Assembly: GCF_009914755.1 (NCBI RefSeq)
Contig: NC_060925.1
Length of the DNA: 64,000 nucleotides
Origin: the human T2T-CHM13v2.0 reference genome, Homo sapiens
Strand: one strand, 5' to 3'
The position numbers were made by a program, and so were the translations under genes. This document shows, piece by piece, positions 18,898 through 35,790 of this stretch. Numbering within the stretch: the stretch's first letter is position 1; each line of letters begins with the position of its first letter. A model generated the notes under the pieces. That model did no database searches. It saw only the letters and a list, made by a program, of their open reading frames with translations, and had not been told where the DNA came from.

Positions 18898-19706
18898 CTC
18901 TTCAGTCTCCTTTAATCTGGAACCGTTGGCTCAGCCTTTCAATGTTATGTCTTTTATAACATTGCCATTTTTAAAGAAATCAAGTCAGATACTTTATTGA
19001 ACATCCCTCAACTTGATATTACCTGATATTCTCCCAGGTTATGCATTTCTGGTTGGAATACTACATTAGTGATTTTGTGTCCTTTTTGAAGTGTCACAGC
19101 TGGAGGCACAGATGTCCATCTGTCCTGCATTGGTAACGTTAATTTTGATCATGATCAAGGTGTGGTCTAGTTTCATAATCATGTGCTTACTATTTCCTTC
19201 CACATATATGCTTATAATAAACTTCTGTTAACAGTGTTCCTTGCTACCTGAAACAGCCTAAGCAGAAGCTCAAAATATATTATAGGAAACATCTGATAGC
19301 ATCCTTGCACTTGACAAAAGAAAGCATTTCAAAATTCGTTTTCCATTGTCATTGCAGAGTACCATAAATCACTGCATTCCTCATCTCTTCTGTCCTTGGC
19401 CACTTTAGGTTTTGAGGTGACAGAATTTTCAAAATGTATATATTTCTATGTAATTCTTTCTTTTATTTAAAAAATCACATTATTGGTGAAAAAAAGCATG
19501 GCTTTCTGTTTAAATTACCTGTCTTGACACTTATTCTCAAAGTGAAGACTATTGTCTGGGGAAAACACACTATGTGTAGCAAGAACCTTTACACTTTTTA
19601 ACTGACAGCCCCAACTGCCATCAGCATTTGTTGTATATTTAGTTGTCGTATAGATCAGTTCAAAGGAACACATTTTCTTTGTTAATTACTCAGTCAGGTA
19701 ACCAGT

Positions 19707-20064
19707 TGATATGGCTTGGCTGTGTCCCCATTCAAATCTCAACTCGATTGTATCTCCCAGAATCCCCACGTGTTGTGGGAGGGACCCAGGGGGAGGTAAT
19801 TGAATCATGGGGGCTGGTCTTTCCCGTGCTATTCTCTTGATAGTGAATAAGTCTCACGAGATCTGATGGGTTTATCAGGGGCTTCCACTTTTGCATCTTG
19901 CTCATTTCTCTCTTGCTGCCGCGATGGAAGAAGTGCCTTTCACCTTCCACTGCGATTCTGAGGCCTCCCCAGCCATGTGGAACTGTAAGTCCAATTAAAC
20001 CTCTTTTTGTTCCCAGTTTTTGGGTATGTCTTTACCAGCAGCGTGAAAACGAACTACTAATACA
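19707..20064 (+). mobile_element. THE1A solo LTR (ERVL-MaLR)
   Basis: tgatatggcttggctgtgtcccc...actaataca; perfect 5-bp TSD ccagt at 19702-19706 and 20065-20069. Confidence 0.95.
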
Positions 20065-20842
20065 CCAGTGAACTCTCCAAGTTCACTAATAGTCTTTGAA
20101 GGTGGGACTTTGGAGGTAGGAGATAAGCAAGGGTCTCTGGACTATTTGAAAGATGCAGAAGCCGTCAGACACTGGGCACGCTGTGCCCCAGGACCTAACC
20201 ATAGCCTTTGGCACCTACTAACATGCCACCTAATCTATTTATTTATTATGTTTGCTATTAGTTTTCTGCCTCTCTCTGCTAGAATGAAGAAAGCTCCATG
20301 AAACTAGGGATCTTTGTTTTTAAGATCAGACAGTATGCATGCCCTATAGCATACACTCAACTAAGATATGTTGAATGAATGAATAAATGAACTTGTTATG
20401 AATGTAATTAATGCCACTGACTTGTATGCTTAAAAATTATTAAGATAGGAAATGCTATGATATGTGTATTTTACCACACACAAAATAAGTTTATAAAAGC
20501 AACAGTTATCTAACGTGGGCTAGTCCTGGATTGTTGCTGTATTTGAAATAACCTCAGTAGATCTACTCTACCAAGGAATTGGCCCAGACCAATTTCTCAT
20601 CCAAAGAACTGATGGAGGATCAGACAATTTTAAAGCCCCTTGATTCAAGTGTTGTTGAAGTTTTTAGTTTCTGGTGGGGAGATGAAGGGAAGTAGCCCCT
20701 TTGGTTTTAACCTTTCCTGCCATGAGTTTCCCCATAGGTACTCTTACTCTTACTTCCACAGAGATTTAAAAAGTGGAGTTCATGCAGTTGAGCTCAATTT
20801 TTTTTTTCTTTTAAAAAGGAGATTTAAAAAGTGGAGTCCTCA

Positions 20843-21302
<460 letters not shown>

Positions 21303-21779
21303 CTATTCTTACCACTGCTGACATCTAAAGAGCACAGAAGCAAGAATTACAGCTTAGAGAAGTTCTGCAAGATAGAAGTAACAAGGGAAGACAGAAGATT
21401 GTCTACTCTGGGGAGTTTTCTGCTTTAGTGTTCACAAAACATTTCATAATCTGCAGATAAATGTGCAGGCTCTGCAAAATAGAACATGCAAATAGTTCTT
21501 GGTAAAATCTATGGATCAAAGCTATTTCTCTTTGCCCTTCAAATGATCTAGTTTGCTTTTTAAATATTTGAACATTTTCCTACAAGTTGTGACAATGACA
21601 CAAGTTTAAACACACCATGCCTTTTATAAATAGATCCTAACCTGAAAAAGCTTCCACCCTGACTGACTCTTGTCTGAGGTTTGAGAGGAAAAGAGAGATT
21701 TAAAGGGAAGCTAATTAATACAAATCTTCTAAAACATACATGAGGCTAGGAATATATTAAGTGCTTAATTAAAAAACAA

Positions 21780-22094
<315 letters not shown>

Positions 22095-23462
22095 TCAGTT
22101 GAGGAAATAGTCACAAAAGAGGTTTTGTAAATGGCAGAATTGATGAGTGCTACAGTTCACAAATTTTCTACCATCCATTCAGATTTAGAATCAAATGAAG
22201 TTTCAACTAACAGGTATTGAACATCTACTTTGTGTCATGTTGTGTGTTTTAACACATTTTATTTCCTTTAATTTACAGCCATAACTATATAGATTAGAAA
22301 ATACTGCAGACTTCTTGAGGCAACTATTTTGGTTCTCAGCTAAGAAAATTTCTTTTCTCTTATTGTCTCTCTTTCTTTTCTTTTTTTTTTTTTTTTTTTG
22401 GTTGTAGCATTGGTGGTGTTGAATAACAGGAACAAGAGGTCATTCTTACTTTGTTTTAGTACTACTATTTCAAAGACTCAGATACTTTCAGGATTTCTCT
22501 AACAAATAGAAAAAGTGTGTTTTTGTTGAAGACCATAAAGTTAATTCTATCAACTCGAAGCCAATATTTTTATGAGTATATTTTATAACTATATATTTTA
22601 GTTATAGTGCCCTGCTGTATTTAGTTTATTTGTATGTTTTGATTCTGCATTGAAACATAAATTCTGGGTTTCAGCTAAAACTGTCACAGAAGTGAGCAGA
22701 AAAATTACAAAGGAAGTCAGGATGAGAAATACCTGCTGGGGATTAGGCTCTTAGAAAAATGGAATATCTGATTTACTCCCTCACATCTAACAAGCTCAAG
22801 GCACATTTTCTAACTCTCCCTTTTGTAAAAAGTGTCAATGAGCACAATGGCTATTTTCACATCATCCCAGAACATAACACTGATAGATGTTAGTGCCCTC
22901 TTGTTTTCAATTTTCATTCTAGGGAAAACATTTTAGCAGTAAACATTTGGAATAGGGTACCACTTAAAAAGCATCATACTAAATATCACATAAAGGTCAT
23001 TTCCATATGGCGTTTTAAATAACACAACCCCACTCAAAAAATTTACATATATTCCCATATGTGTAGGGACCATTATATTGTTGTAGTTCCCACTCCAGTG
23101 GCTGCAATAAATAACTGTTAAATTGTTAAAATTGAGTAGTGCCTCTGAAGGTATAGCTGAATAGGTAAATTTTGAGAGAAGATAGATGATTCTGTGTATA
23201 GGGACTGTAAGAAATATGAATTTACCCTAGAACATGGGATCTGCAGCATGAAAGTCTGGACTCTAGAATTCATTCTAACATTTACTAATTGTATGACCTT
23301 GAGGAAGTTCATTTTAAATTTGTAAAATAGGGATAAAATATTACTTGCCTTCTAGGAATGCTATGATGTTTTGAAAATAGTGATAAAGAAAAATTTTTTA
23401 GAGCTAGGAATCACGAATAAATTAGTTATAATAATAAATGCTTTTAGTAAAATTGTTTTGGG

Positions 23463-24279
<817 letters not shown>

Positions 24280-24690
24280 CTACGTAGGAGGTTGCAAACC
24301 TCAGGTGGAACCCAAGACCTAGGTAAGCCATTTTAAGAAGGCAGGCCCATGTCCAGGTGGAAGGCTCACTGACCATGATCCTGGCTATAAACCCAGAAAT
24401 AGCCCCATCTGCCAATGGACTGAGATATAGCCCTATTTGGCTTAGGTCCTCCCCACCAGCACCATCCATCAAGGGACTCAGGAGGAGACACCCCTGCCCA
24501 TGCTTTGGATAATAGGCTGGCTGACCTGGGTCCTGGCTATGGACCCTAAAGCAGTCCATGACCCGGCTTCAGCCCCTCTCAGCCATGGTTCAGGAGCTGT
24601 CTTTGGCAGGGCAGTCCCCCTGGAGGCAGCCCCACTGACTTCAATCCAACTGCAGGTCCTGAAGCAGCCCTGTGACCCAGCTTTAGCCTG

Positions 24691-24868
24691 CTTTTGGAGC
24701 TAGTTATTAGGTCTTTATTAGTTTCCTTTGATGGTGTCATGTTTGCCTGTTTCTTCATGATTCATGTAGCCTTGCATTCATGTCTGTGCATTTGAAGGTG
24801 CAGTCACTTCTGCCAGTCTTTACACACTGGTTTAAGCAGATAAAGACTTTCTCTTGTCAAGTCCCCAG
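24691..24868 (-). mobile_element. Inverted piece of the L1 5' UTR/ORF1 start
   Basis: Minus strand from 24758 reads MKKQANMTPSKETNKDLIT, resembling an L1M ORF1 N-terminus. Confidence 0.75.
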
Positions 24869-25796
24869 TTAGACCTCCATCACAGCTGTGGATCCTGAAA
24901 CAGCCATGTGACTCAGTTCCAGCCCCTCTCAGCTAACATTTGGAGTCATCACCGCCTGTCCAGGGACCCATCCAGTGACCTAGTAGGAGTCCTACCAGAG
25001 ACCTGGAGGGAGCCACACCCATTCATTCACCTGGTAACAGGCCCTTTATCTGAGGATCCAACTGTAGACCCTTGAGGAGACACATGGGACCAGAGCCAAT
25101 TAGAGGAATGAAAAGGAAAAAAGAATTTAAGAAGTGACAAAAGAATACAAGACCCATGGGACACCATTGAATAAATGTGTGCATTATGGAAGTCCCAGAA
25201 GAAGAGAAAAAGAGAAAGAGGTAGAAATCTTATTTAAAACAATAGTGGCTGAAAAGTTCCCAAATCTTGGGAGGGAAGTGGACATCAAGACTCATAAAAT
25301 CTCAAAATTCCCAAGATCAATCCAAAGAAGACTATTCCAAGACATATGGTCAAATCATCAAAAATCAAACACAGAGAAAATTTTGAAAGCAGCAAGAGAA
25401 ACTCTTCACATACAAGGGAAATCAATTAGGCTATCAGAGATTTCTCAGCAGATATATTCAAAGTGCTTAAAAAACAAAAACAAAATTAAAAAAAAAAAAG
25501 CATGCCAACCAAAATACTAAAGCCAGAAAAGCCATCCTTCAGAAATAAAGAAGAGATAAAGACATTCCCAGACAAAATGTAACAAAGCTCACCACTAAAA
25601 CTGCCTTACAAAAAATGCTAAAGGGAGTTCTGCAAGTTGAAACAAAAGGATGCTAAGTAGCAACATAAAAATATATGAAAGCACAAAAGTCACTGGTAAA
25701 GGTAAATACATAGTCAAGTTCAGAATGCTCTAATACTATAATACCAGTAGGTAAATCATTTTTACTTCTAGTATAAAAGTTAAAAAACAAAAATAT

Positions 25797-26099
<303 letters not shown>

Positions 26100-26491
26100 G
26101 ACAAAAATGTTTAAAATAACTATAGCTACAATAATTTGTTAATAGACGCAATAAAATGATGTTAAGTGTGACATCAGTAGCATAAAATGCAAGGTGGAAG
26201 AGAAGTAAAAATGTAAAGTATTTGTATGTAATTGAAGTTAATTTGTTATCAGGTTAAAATAGACCATTATAACTATAAAATATTTTATGTAATCCTCATG
26301 GCAACCAAAAAGAAAAAAAAATCTAGCAGATATATAATGGATAAAAGGGTACATAATCAAAGCATAGCACTACCAAAAAATTAAATCACAAAGAAAGACA
26401 ATAAGAGAGAAAGAAAAGAACAAAGGAATTACAAAGCTGTCAGAAAACAATTAACAAATGGCAATAGTAAGTCTTTACCTATCAAGAATTA

Positions 26492-26908
<417 letters not shown>

Positions 26909-27215
26909 TCACTTTAGCCTACATAGGCTAAAAGTGAATGGATGGGAAAATATATCCTTTGCAAATAGTAACCAAAAGAGAGCAGAAGTGGCTATACTTA
27001 TATCAGCCAAAATAGACTTTCAGTCAAAATCTGTCACAAGAAACCAAGAAGGTCATTAAACAATGATAAAGGAGTCAATTCATCAAGAGAATATAAAAAT
27101 TATAAATATATATGCACCCAATGTCAGAGAACCTAAACACATAAAGGAAATATTAACAAGACTAAAGAGAGAAATAGATAGCAATACAATAATAGGAGAA
27201 TTCAGTATGCCACTG

Positions 27216-27551
<336 letters not shown>

Positions 27552-28014
27552 TAGATCATTCAGACAAAAAATCAATAAGGAAACAGTAGACTTGAATAAT
27601 GCTATAAACCAAATGGACCTAACAGACACACATGGAACATTCCACTCAACAGCAGCAGATTTCACATTTTTCTCAAGAGCAATGGAATATTCTCTAGGAT
27701 AGATCATATATTAGGCCATAGCACAAGTCTTAACAAATTAAAGAAGATTGAAATCACATCAAGTATCTTTCCTGAAATCAATAATATAGAACTATAAATT
27801 AATAACAAGGAAAATTGGAAAATTCACAAATAGTATTAATAGAAATTAAACAACATGCTCTTGAACAACCAGTGGGTCAAAGAAGATTTAAAAAACTGTC
27901 TTCAAACCAACAGAAATAGAAACATAACATACCAAACATGGGATGCAACAAAAGCAGTTCTAACAGAGGAATTTATAGAGATAAATACCTAAATTTTAAA
28001 AAGAAAGATCTCAC

Positions 28015-28286
28015 AGCCAGGTGCAGTGGCTCATGCCTGTAACCCCAGCAGTTTGGGAGGTCGAGGTGGGCAGATCACTTGAGGTCAGGAGTTCATGGCC
28101 AACATGGTGAAACCCCATCCCTACTAAAAATACAAAAATTAGCCAGGCCTGGTGGCAGGCACCCTCAGGAGGCTGAGGCAGGAGAATTCCTTGAAGCCAG
28201 GAGGCAGAGGCTGCAGTGAGCTGAGACTGTGCGACTTTACTCTAGCCTGTGCAACAGAGTGAGACTCTGTCTCAAAAAAAAAAAAA
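28015..28286 (+). mobile_element. AluS with internal deletions (in L1)
   Basis: Alu body with gaps; no TSD seen. Confidence 0.88.
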
Positions 28287-28748
28287 GACAAACTAAGCCC
28301 AAAGTTAGCAGAAGGGAGAAAAATAACAAAAATTAGAGCAGAAGTAAATGAAATAGAGAACAGAAAGACAATTTAAAAGATCAAAGAAACTAAGAGTTGA
28401 TTTTTTAAAAAGATAAACAAAATTGACAAACCTTTAGTAAACTAACCAAGAAAAAAAGAAAGATGACTCAAAAAATTACAATCAGAAATGACAAAAGAAT
28501 AGTTACAACTGATACCACAAAAATACAAAAGATTAGGTGGATTCCACCAAACAGAGAAGAATAAACACCAATTCTTCTAAAACTTTTCTAAAAAAAAAAA
28601 TCAAGAGGGAGGAACATTTCCAAACTCTTTTTACAAGGCCAGTATTACCCTTGCATCAAAGTTAGATAAGAACACTAAAAGAAAAGAAACTTACAGGCTT
28701 ATACTGAACACAGATGGAAAAATTCTCAATAAAATTTTTGCAGGCTGA

Positions 28749-29330
28749 GGCCAGGCACAGTGGCTCACTTGGGGATGCCAAGGTGGGCAGATCACTTGAG
28801 GCCAGGAGTTTAGACCAGCCTGGCCAACATAGTGAAACCCGGTCTTTACTGAAAATACAAAAATTGGGCCAGGTGCGGTGACTCCCACCTGTAATCCCAG
28901 CACTTTGGGAGGCCGAGGTGGGTGGATCACCTGAAGTCAGGAGTTTGAGACTAGCCTGGCCAATATGGTGAAACCATGTCTCTACTAAAATTAGAAAAGT
29001 TAGCTGGGTGTGGTGGTGCACACCTGTAATCCCAGCTACTTGGGAGGCTGAAGCATGAGAATAGCTTGAGCCCAGGAGGCGGAGACTGCAGTGAGCCGAG
29101 ATTGCATCACTACATTCCAGCCTGGGTGGCAGAGCAAGACTCTGTCTCAAAAAGCAAAACAAAACAAAAATTGGCTGGGCAAGGTGATGTATGTCTGAAG
29201 TCCCAGCTACTTGGGAGGTTGAGGCACAAGAATCACTTAAACCCGGGAGGCAGAGGTTGCAGTGAGCTGAGATTGCACAATGGCCCTCCAGCCCGGGTGA
29301 CAGAGTGAGACTCTGTCTCAAAAAAAAATG
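28749..29330 (+). mobile_element. Alu within Alu: full Alu (28867-29170) in the A-rich linker of another Alu
   Basis: Left arm, complete dimer, then right arm; acaaaaattg repeated at both junctions. Confidence 0.9.
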
Positions 29331-30584
29331 TTAAATTAAAAAAATATATATTAACTGGCTGAATTCAACAGCACATTAAAAGGAGCATACACTATGATCA
29401 AGTGGAATTTATCCTTGGTATGTACGGATGGTTCAACATACACAAATCAATAAATGTAATAAACCACATTAACAGGATAAAGGTAAAAATCATATGATCA
29501 TCTCAATTGATGCAGAGAAAGCATTTAACATCCTTTTATGATAAAAATTCTCTACAAATTAGGTATAGAAGGAAGGTACCTCAACATAATAAAGGCCATA
29601 TATTACAAACACACAGGTAACATCATATTCACTGGTGGAAAACTGATAGCTTCCTTTCTAAGATCAAGAACAAGACAAGGATGCCTACTCTCGCTACTTC
29701 TATTTAACATAGTACTGGAAGTTCTAGCCAGAGCAATTAAGCAAGAAAAAGAAGTAACAGCCATCCAAATAGGAAAGGAAGAAGTGAAATTGTCTCTGTT
29801 TGCAGATGACATGATCTTATATGTGGCAGACCCTAAAGACTCCTCCAAAACAACTGTTGGAAATAATTTTAAAATTCAGTAAAGTGCCAGGATACAAAAT
29901 CATCATACAAAAATCAGTTGCATTTCTATACACTAATAACAAACTATCTGAAAAAGAAGAAAACAATCCCATTTACAATAGCATGAGAAAAAATAAAATA
30001 CTTAAACCAAGGAAGTGAAAGATTTGTACACGGAAAATTATGACATTGATGACAGAAATGAAAGAAGACACAAATAAAATGGAAAGATAGAAATTCTGTG
30101 TTCACGGACTGGAAGAATTCATATTGTTAAGATAGCCATACTACCCAAAGTGCTCTACAGATTCAATGCAATCTCAATGAAATTCCAATGACATTTTTCA
30201 CAGAAATAGAAAAAAACTATCTGAATATTTATGTGGAACCATGAAAGACCCCGAATGGCCAAAGAGAACAAAGGTAGAGGCACACATTTCTTGATTTCAA
30301 ATAATATTACAAAACTATAGGAATCAACAGTATGGCAATGGCATAAAAACAGACACATAGACCAATAGAGAGCCCAGGAAAAACTCCATGCATATATAGT
30401 CAACTAATCTTTAATAAAGGCACTAAGAATACATAATAGGGAAAGGATCATCTCTTCAATAAATGGCATGAGGAAAACTGAATATTCTCATGCAAAATAA
30501 TGAAATTGGACCATTATTTTACATCACACACAGAGTTAACTCAAAATGGACTAATTTTTCCACTAGTTAGTCCATTTCAAGTTA

Positions 30585-31131
<547 letters not shown>

Positions 31132-31599
31132 CTATTGGAGAAACTGGACAGCAGTGTAAGTGTGAAATGTCTTATAGAAGAGTATTGTGTTGGAATGGCC
31201 ACCATATAAGACCTGAAGAAACAGAAGGATAAGCTGTTGAAGTTCTATGCTTAAAGTGATGAATAGAAGTTATGAAAAATGGAAAAGCATAAAGCTAAAA
31301 ATGAAGATCTCGATTATGTATTGAAAGAGTGGATCTGTCAGCATTGCAGTGAACACATGCCACTTAATGGTATGCTGATCATGAAACAAGCAAACATCTA
31401 TCACAGTGAACTGAAAATTGGAGGGAGCTGTGAATATTCAATAGGCTGGTTGCAGAAATTTTTAAAAAGATATGGTATTAAATTTTTGAAGTTTTTTTGT
31501 GGTAAAGCATCTGCTCATCACAAAGCAGTAGAGAAATTCATTGATGAATTTGTCAAGGTCATCACTGATGAAAATCTGATGCCAGAACAAGCTTGTAAT

Positions 31600-32040
31600 T
31601 GTCTAAGTACATTTTGTGTTGCTATAAAGGAATGCCTGAGGCTGGGGAATTTACAAAGTAAAGAGGTTTATTTGGCTCATGGGTCTTCAGGCTGCACAAA
31701 AAATACGGTGCCAGCATCTGCTTCTGGTGAGGCCCTCAGATTGCTTCCACTCATAGTGGAAAGTGAAGCGAGAGCCATCTTGTGCAGAAATCACATGGCA
31801 AGAGAAGAAGCAGGGGTTGGGGAGGTCCCAGGCTCTTTTTAACAATCAGCTCTCTCTAATAGAGTGAGAACCCACTCATGCCTCCTCCCCTCAGGGAAGC
31901 CATGAATCTATTTACCAGGGATCTGCAAACCCCCGCCCCACACTGCCCGATTCAAACACCTCCCATTAGTTCCCACCTCCAACACTGGTGATCAAACTTC
32001 AACATAAGATTTGGAGGGGACAAACATCCAAACTATAGCA
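31600..32040 (-). mobile_element. MST (MSTB-like) solo LTR inside Tigger4
   Basis: tgtctaagtacattttgtgttgctataaagg...aaacatccaaactatagca; TSD gtaat / ataat. Confidence 0.9.
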
Positions 32041-33237
32041 ATAATGCTAATGAGACATCGCTATTTTGGCATTGTTGCCCCAGAAAGACACTGACCACTG
32101 CTAATCGGACAGCTCCTACAGGAATTAAGGATGCCAAGGACAGAATAACTATGCTGGGATGTTCCAATGCAGCATGTATGCATAAGTTACATAAGTGTAA
32201 ACTTGCTGAGGTAGGGAAAAGCTTGCATCCTCACTGTTTCCAAAAAGTGAATTTCATACCAATCTATGATTATATTAAGAAAAAGGCATGGATCACCAGG
32301 AATATCTTTTCTGATTGATTTCACAAACATTTTGTACCAGTGGCATGTGCTCACTGCTGGGAAGCTGGGCTGGATGGCAATTGGAAGATTTCATTATTCC
32401 TTGACAACTGTTATGCTCATTCTCATCCGCCAGCTGAAATTCTCACCAAAAATAATGTTTATGCCACGTACTTTCCCCCAAATGTGACTCCATTATTTCA
32501 ACCACATGACCAGGGAATTCTTAGATAAGAGTAAATATAAAAACACTTTCTTAAACAGCATTCTAACAGCAGTGGACAGAGGTGTGGGTGTGGAAGGTTT
32601 TCAAAAGGAGTTTAGCTATGTATACTATATATGCTTTTGCAATGCTTGGCACACAGTGACTAAAGTCACTGGCCTGGCATAACCTGTGTCCTACAACTAT
32701 GTTCAGTGATGATGATAAACAAGATGGTGACTCTAAAGGATTCCATATGTCAAGTTAGAATAAAATGATGCCTGACCTCCTTACATATGCAAAAAATATA
32801 CTTTTGGAGTCTCTAAGTAAGCTGGAAGAAGTGAATATTGAAGACTTTTTAACATCAATACCGAGGCTCCAGTTGTTCATTCACAGATTTATGGTAAAAT
32901 AGCGAAAATGGTTCTGAATCAAGGTGATTGTGATCATAGTGATGACGAAGATGATGTTGTTAACACTGCAGAAAAAGTGCCTACAGATGACATGGTGCAA
33001 ATGTGTGATGAGCTTATTGAAGGATTTGAGCAGTGTGCATTCATAATAGAACAAGAAATCATGTCTGTTTATAAAATCAAGAGAGACTTCTAAGGCAAAA
33101 ACCGTGGTCAATGAAGCAGATTAATCTGGAGGAAACACTTTAAAAAGCCAGCAGATGCCCCCTTATCCCTAGAGGACCCACTTCCTGGTCCTTCAACTTC
33201 TTTTGATGTTTCTTCTCACCTAAAAAAAAGAAATACA

Positions 33238-33570
<333 letters not shown>

Positions 33571-34549
33571 TTAATTGAAACGCAGCATTGTAGACAGAGA
33601 AGCAAAAACATTTGCTTCCTTTGTCGTTACCATTGTTTCACAGCTGATACAGGTATTCTGGCGATGCCACTGTGCTGCTTAGTTTCCCTGAACACATTAT
33701 TTTTTCACTGTATTAATGATATTTCACATTTTTTATTGTAAGTACTAATGTGTGAATAAGTCTGAGAAAATGGTTGCTTATTGGTAGCATATAAATTCAG
33801 AGTCAGGAATGATGATGATGCCAAACAACCACAGATTGTCCACTTGGGTGGCTGAGATAGTGATACTTGTGCTTTCTGATGGTTCAGTGTACACAAATTT
33901 TGTTTTGTGCACAAAATTATTTAAAATATTGTATAAAATTACCTTCAGGCTATGTGTATAATGTATATATGAAACGTAAATGAACTTTGTGTTTAGACTT
34001 GGCTCCCATCCCTAAGATATCTCATAATCTGGAAATATTTCAAAATCTGAAATCCAAAACACTTCTGGCCCCAAACATTTCAGATAAGGTATATTCAACC
34101 TGTATCTGCACTCCCATTCTCATTGAGCAGTATTCACAGTAGCCAAGATATGGAAATAATACAAGTGTCTGTCCACAGATGAATGGATAAAGAAAATGTT
34201 ATACACACGCACATACACACACACAGACACACACACACACATATTGGAATATCATTCAGCCATGAAAAAGGAAGAAGATCCCACGATTTGTGATAACAGG
34301 CTTGAACCTGGAGGAGATTATGCTAAGTGAATTAAGCCAGATATAGAAAGACAAATACTATATTATCTCACTTATATGTGGAATCTATACTAGTCAAACT
34401 CATAGAAGCAGAGAGTAGAATGGTGGTTGCCAGGGGCTGAGGCGAGGGGGAAGGGTTGTGGAGGGAGATGTTAACTGAAGGTACAAACTTTCAGTTCTAA
34501 GATTAATAAATTCTGGGAATTTACATACATCATGGTGACTATTGCATAC

Positions 34550-34901
<352 letters not shown>

Positions 34902-35189
34902 TGACAATGTGAGGTAATGGATATGTTAATCAGCTTGATTGTGGTAATCATTTCACTGTGTGTGTATACATATAAAACATACATATAATCAAATCTTTAT
35001 TATATGGATAAAATCATCACATTGTACATGTTAGAGGTATACAATTTTTATTTTTTGATTATACCTTAATAAGGCTAGAAAAGTTAAACCATTTTTCAAA
35101 ATAAAAAATTAAAAACAATAAAATGTAAATGCTCATTTTAAAAATCAGAGAAGTAGATATAAGAAAAAAGGAAAAAGTATCCATAGTGC

Positions 35190-35485
35190 TACCATCCTTC
35201 ATCTTCAAGTCTTTGCTCAAATATCACTTTCTCAGTGAGGCTTTTCAGGACACGTGGTTTAAACTTGTTGCACTACCACTTCCACATACACAAATGCTGG
35301 GTTCTTCTGATCTTTAGCACTTCAGGATGTGTGAATCACTGTTTAATTTATGTCTTTGTTCATTGTCTATATTCCTACCCAGAATTTAGGCTCCATGAGG
35401 TCAAGGACTTTGTCCACTTTGTTCACTGTTTTATCCTTAGTGCCTGTACATTGTTGGTCTTGAATAAACGTTTGTTGGAGGAATC
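35190..35485 (+). mobile_element. L2 3' end
   Basis: ctttgctcaaatatcactttctcagtgaggc; ctccatgaggtcaaggactttgtc; aataaacgtttgttgga. Confidence 0.7.
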
Positions 35486-35564
35486 CAAACACAAGTACTG
35501 TTAACATTTAGACTTTTTTCTTCTAGTTTTCTAGGCAGCAAGTTTTACTATTTTGTAACAGGAT

Positions 35565-35790
35565 GGAACACTAACATCTATTCAATGCCAGGCACTGCGC
35601 TAGGGATTTTACATACTATATTTCATTTTATCTCTCAAAACCCCTCAAAGATATTATCCCTGATTTACAGATGAGAAAAACAAAAGCTCAAAGATATTAA
35701 TATGCTCAAGTTCACACCCTAGGAAATTGAAACTGGATTCAAATCAAAATCCATGACTCTAAGTCTGTGCAATTTCACTGCATCATTGTC
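35565..35790 (-). mobile_element. MIR
   Basis: tgccaggcactgcgctaggg...attatccctgatttacagatgagaaaa. Confidence 0.7.

Noticed and set aside
20761-20837. 19-bp direct repeat gagatttaaaaagtggagt flanking a short T-rich filler
   Set aside because: Could be the TSD of a tiny insertion or a slippage event, but there is too little sequence to identify it
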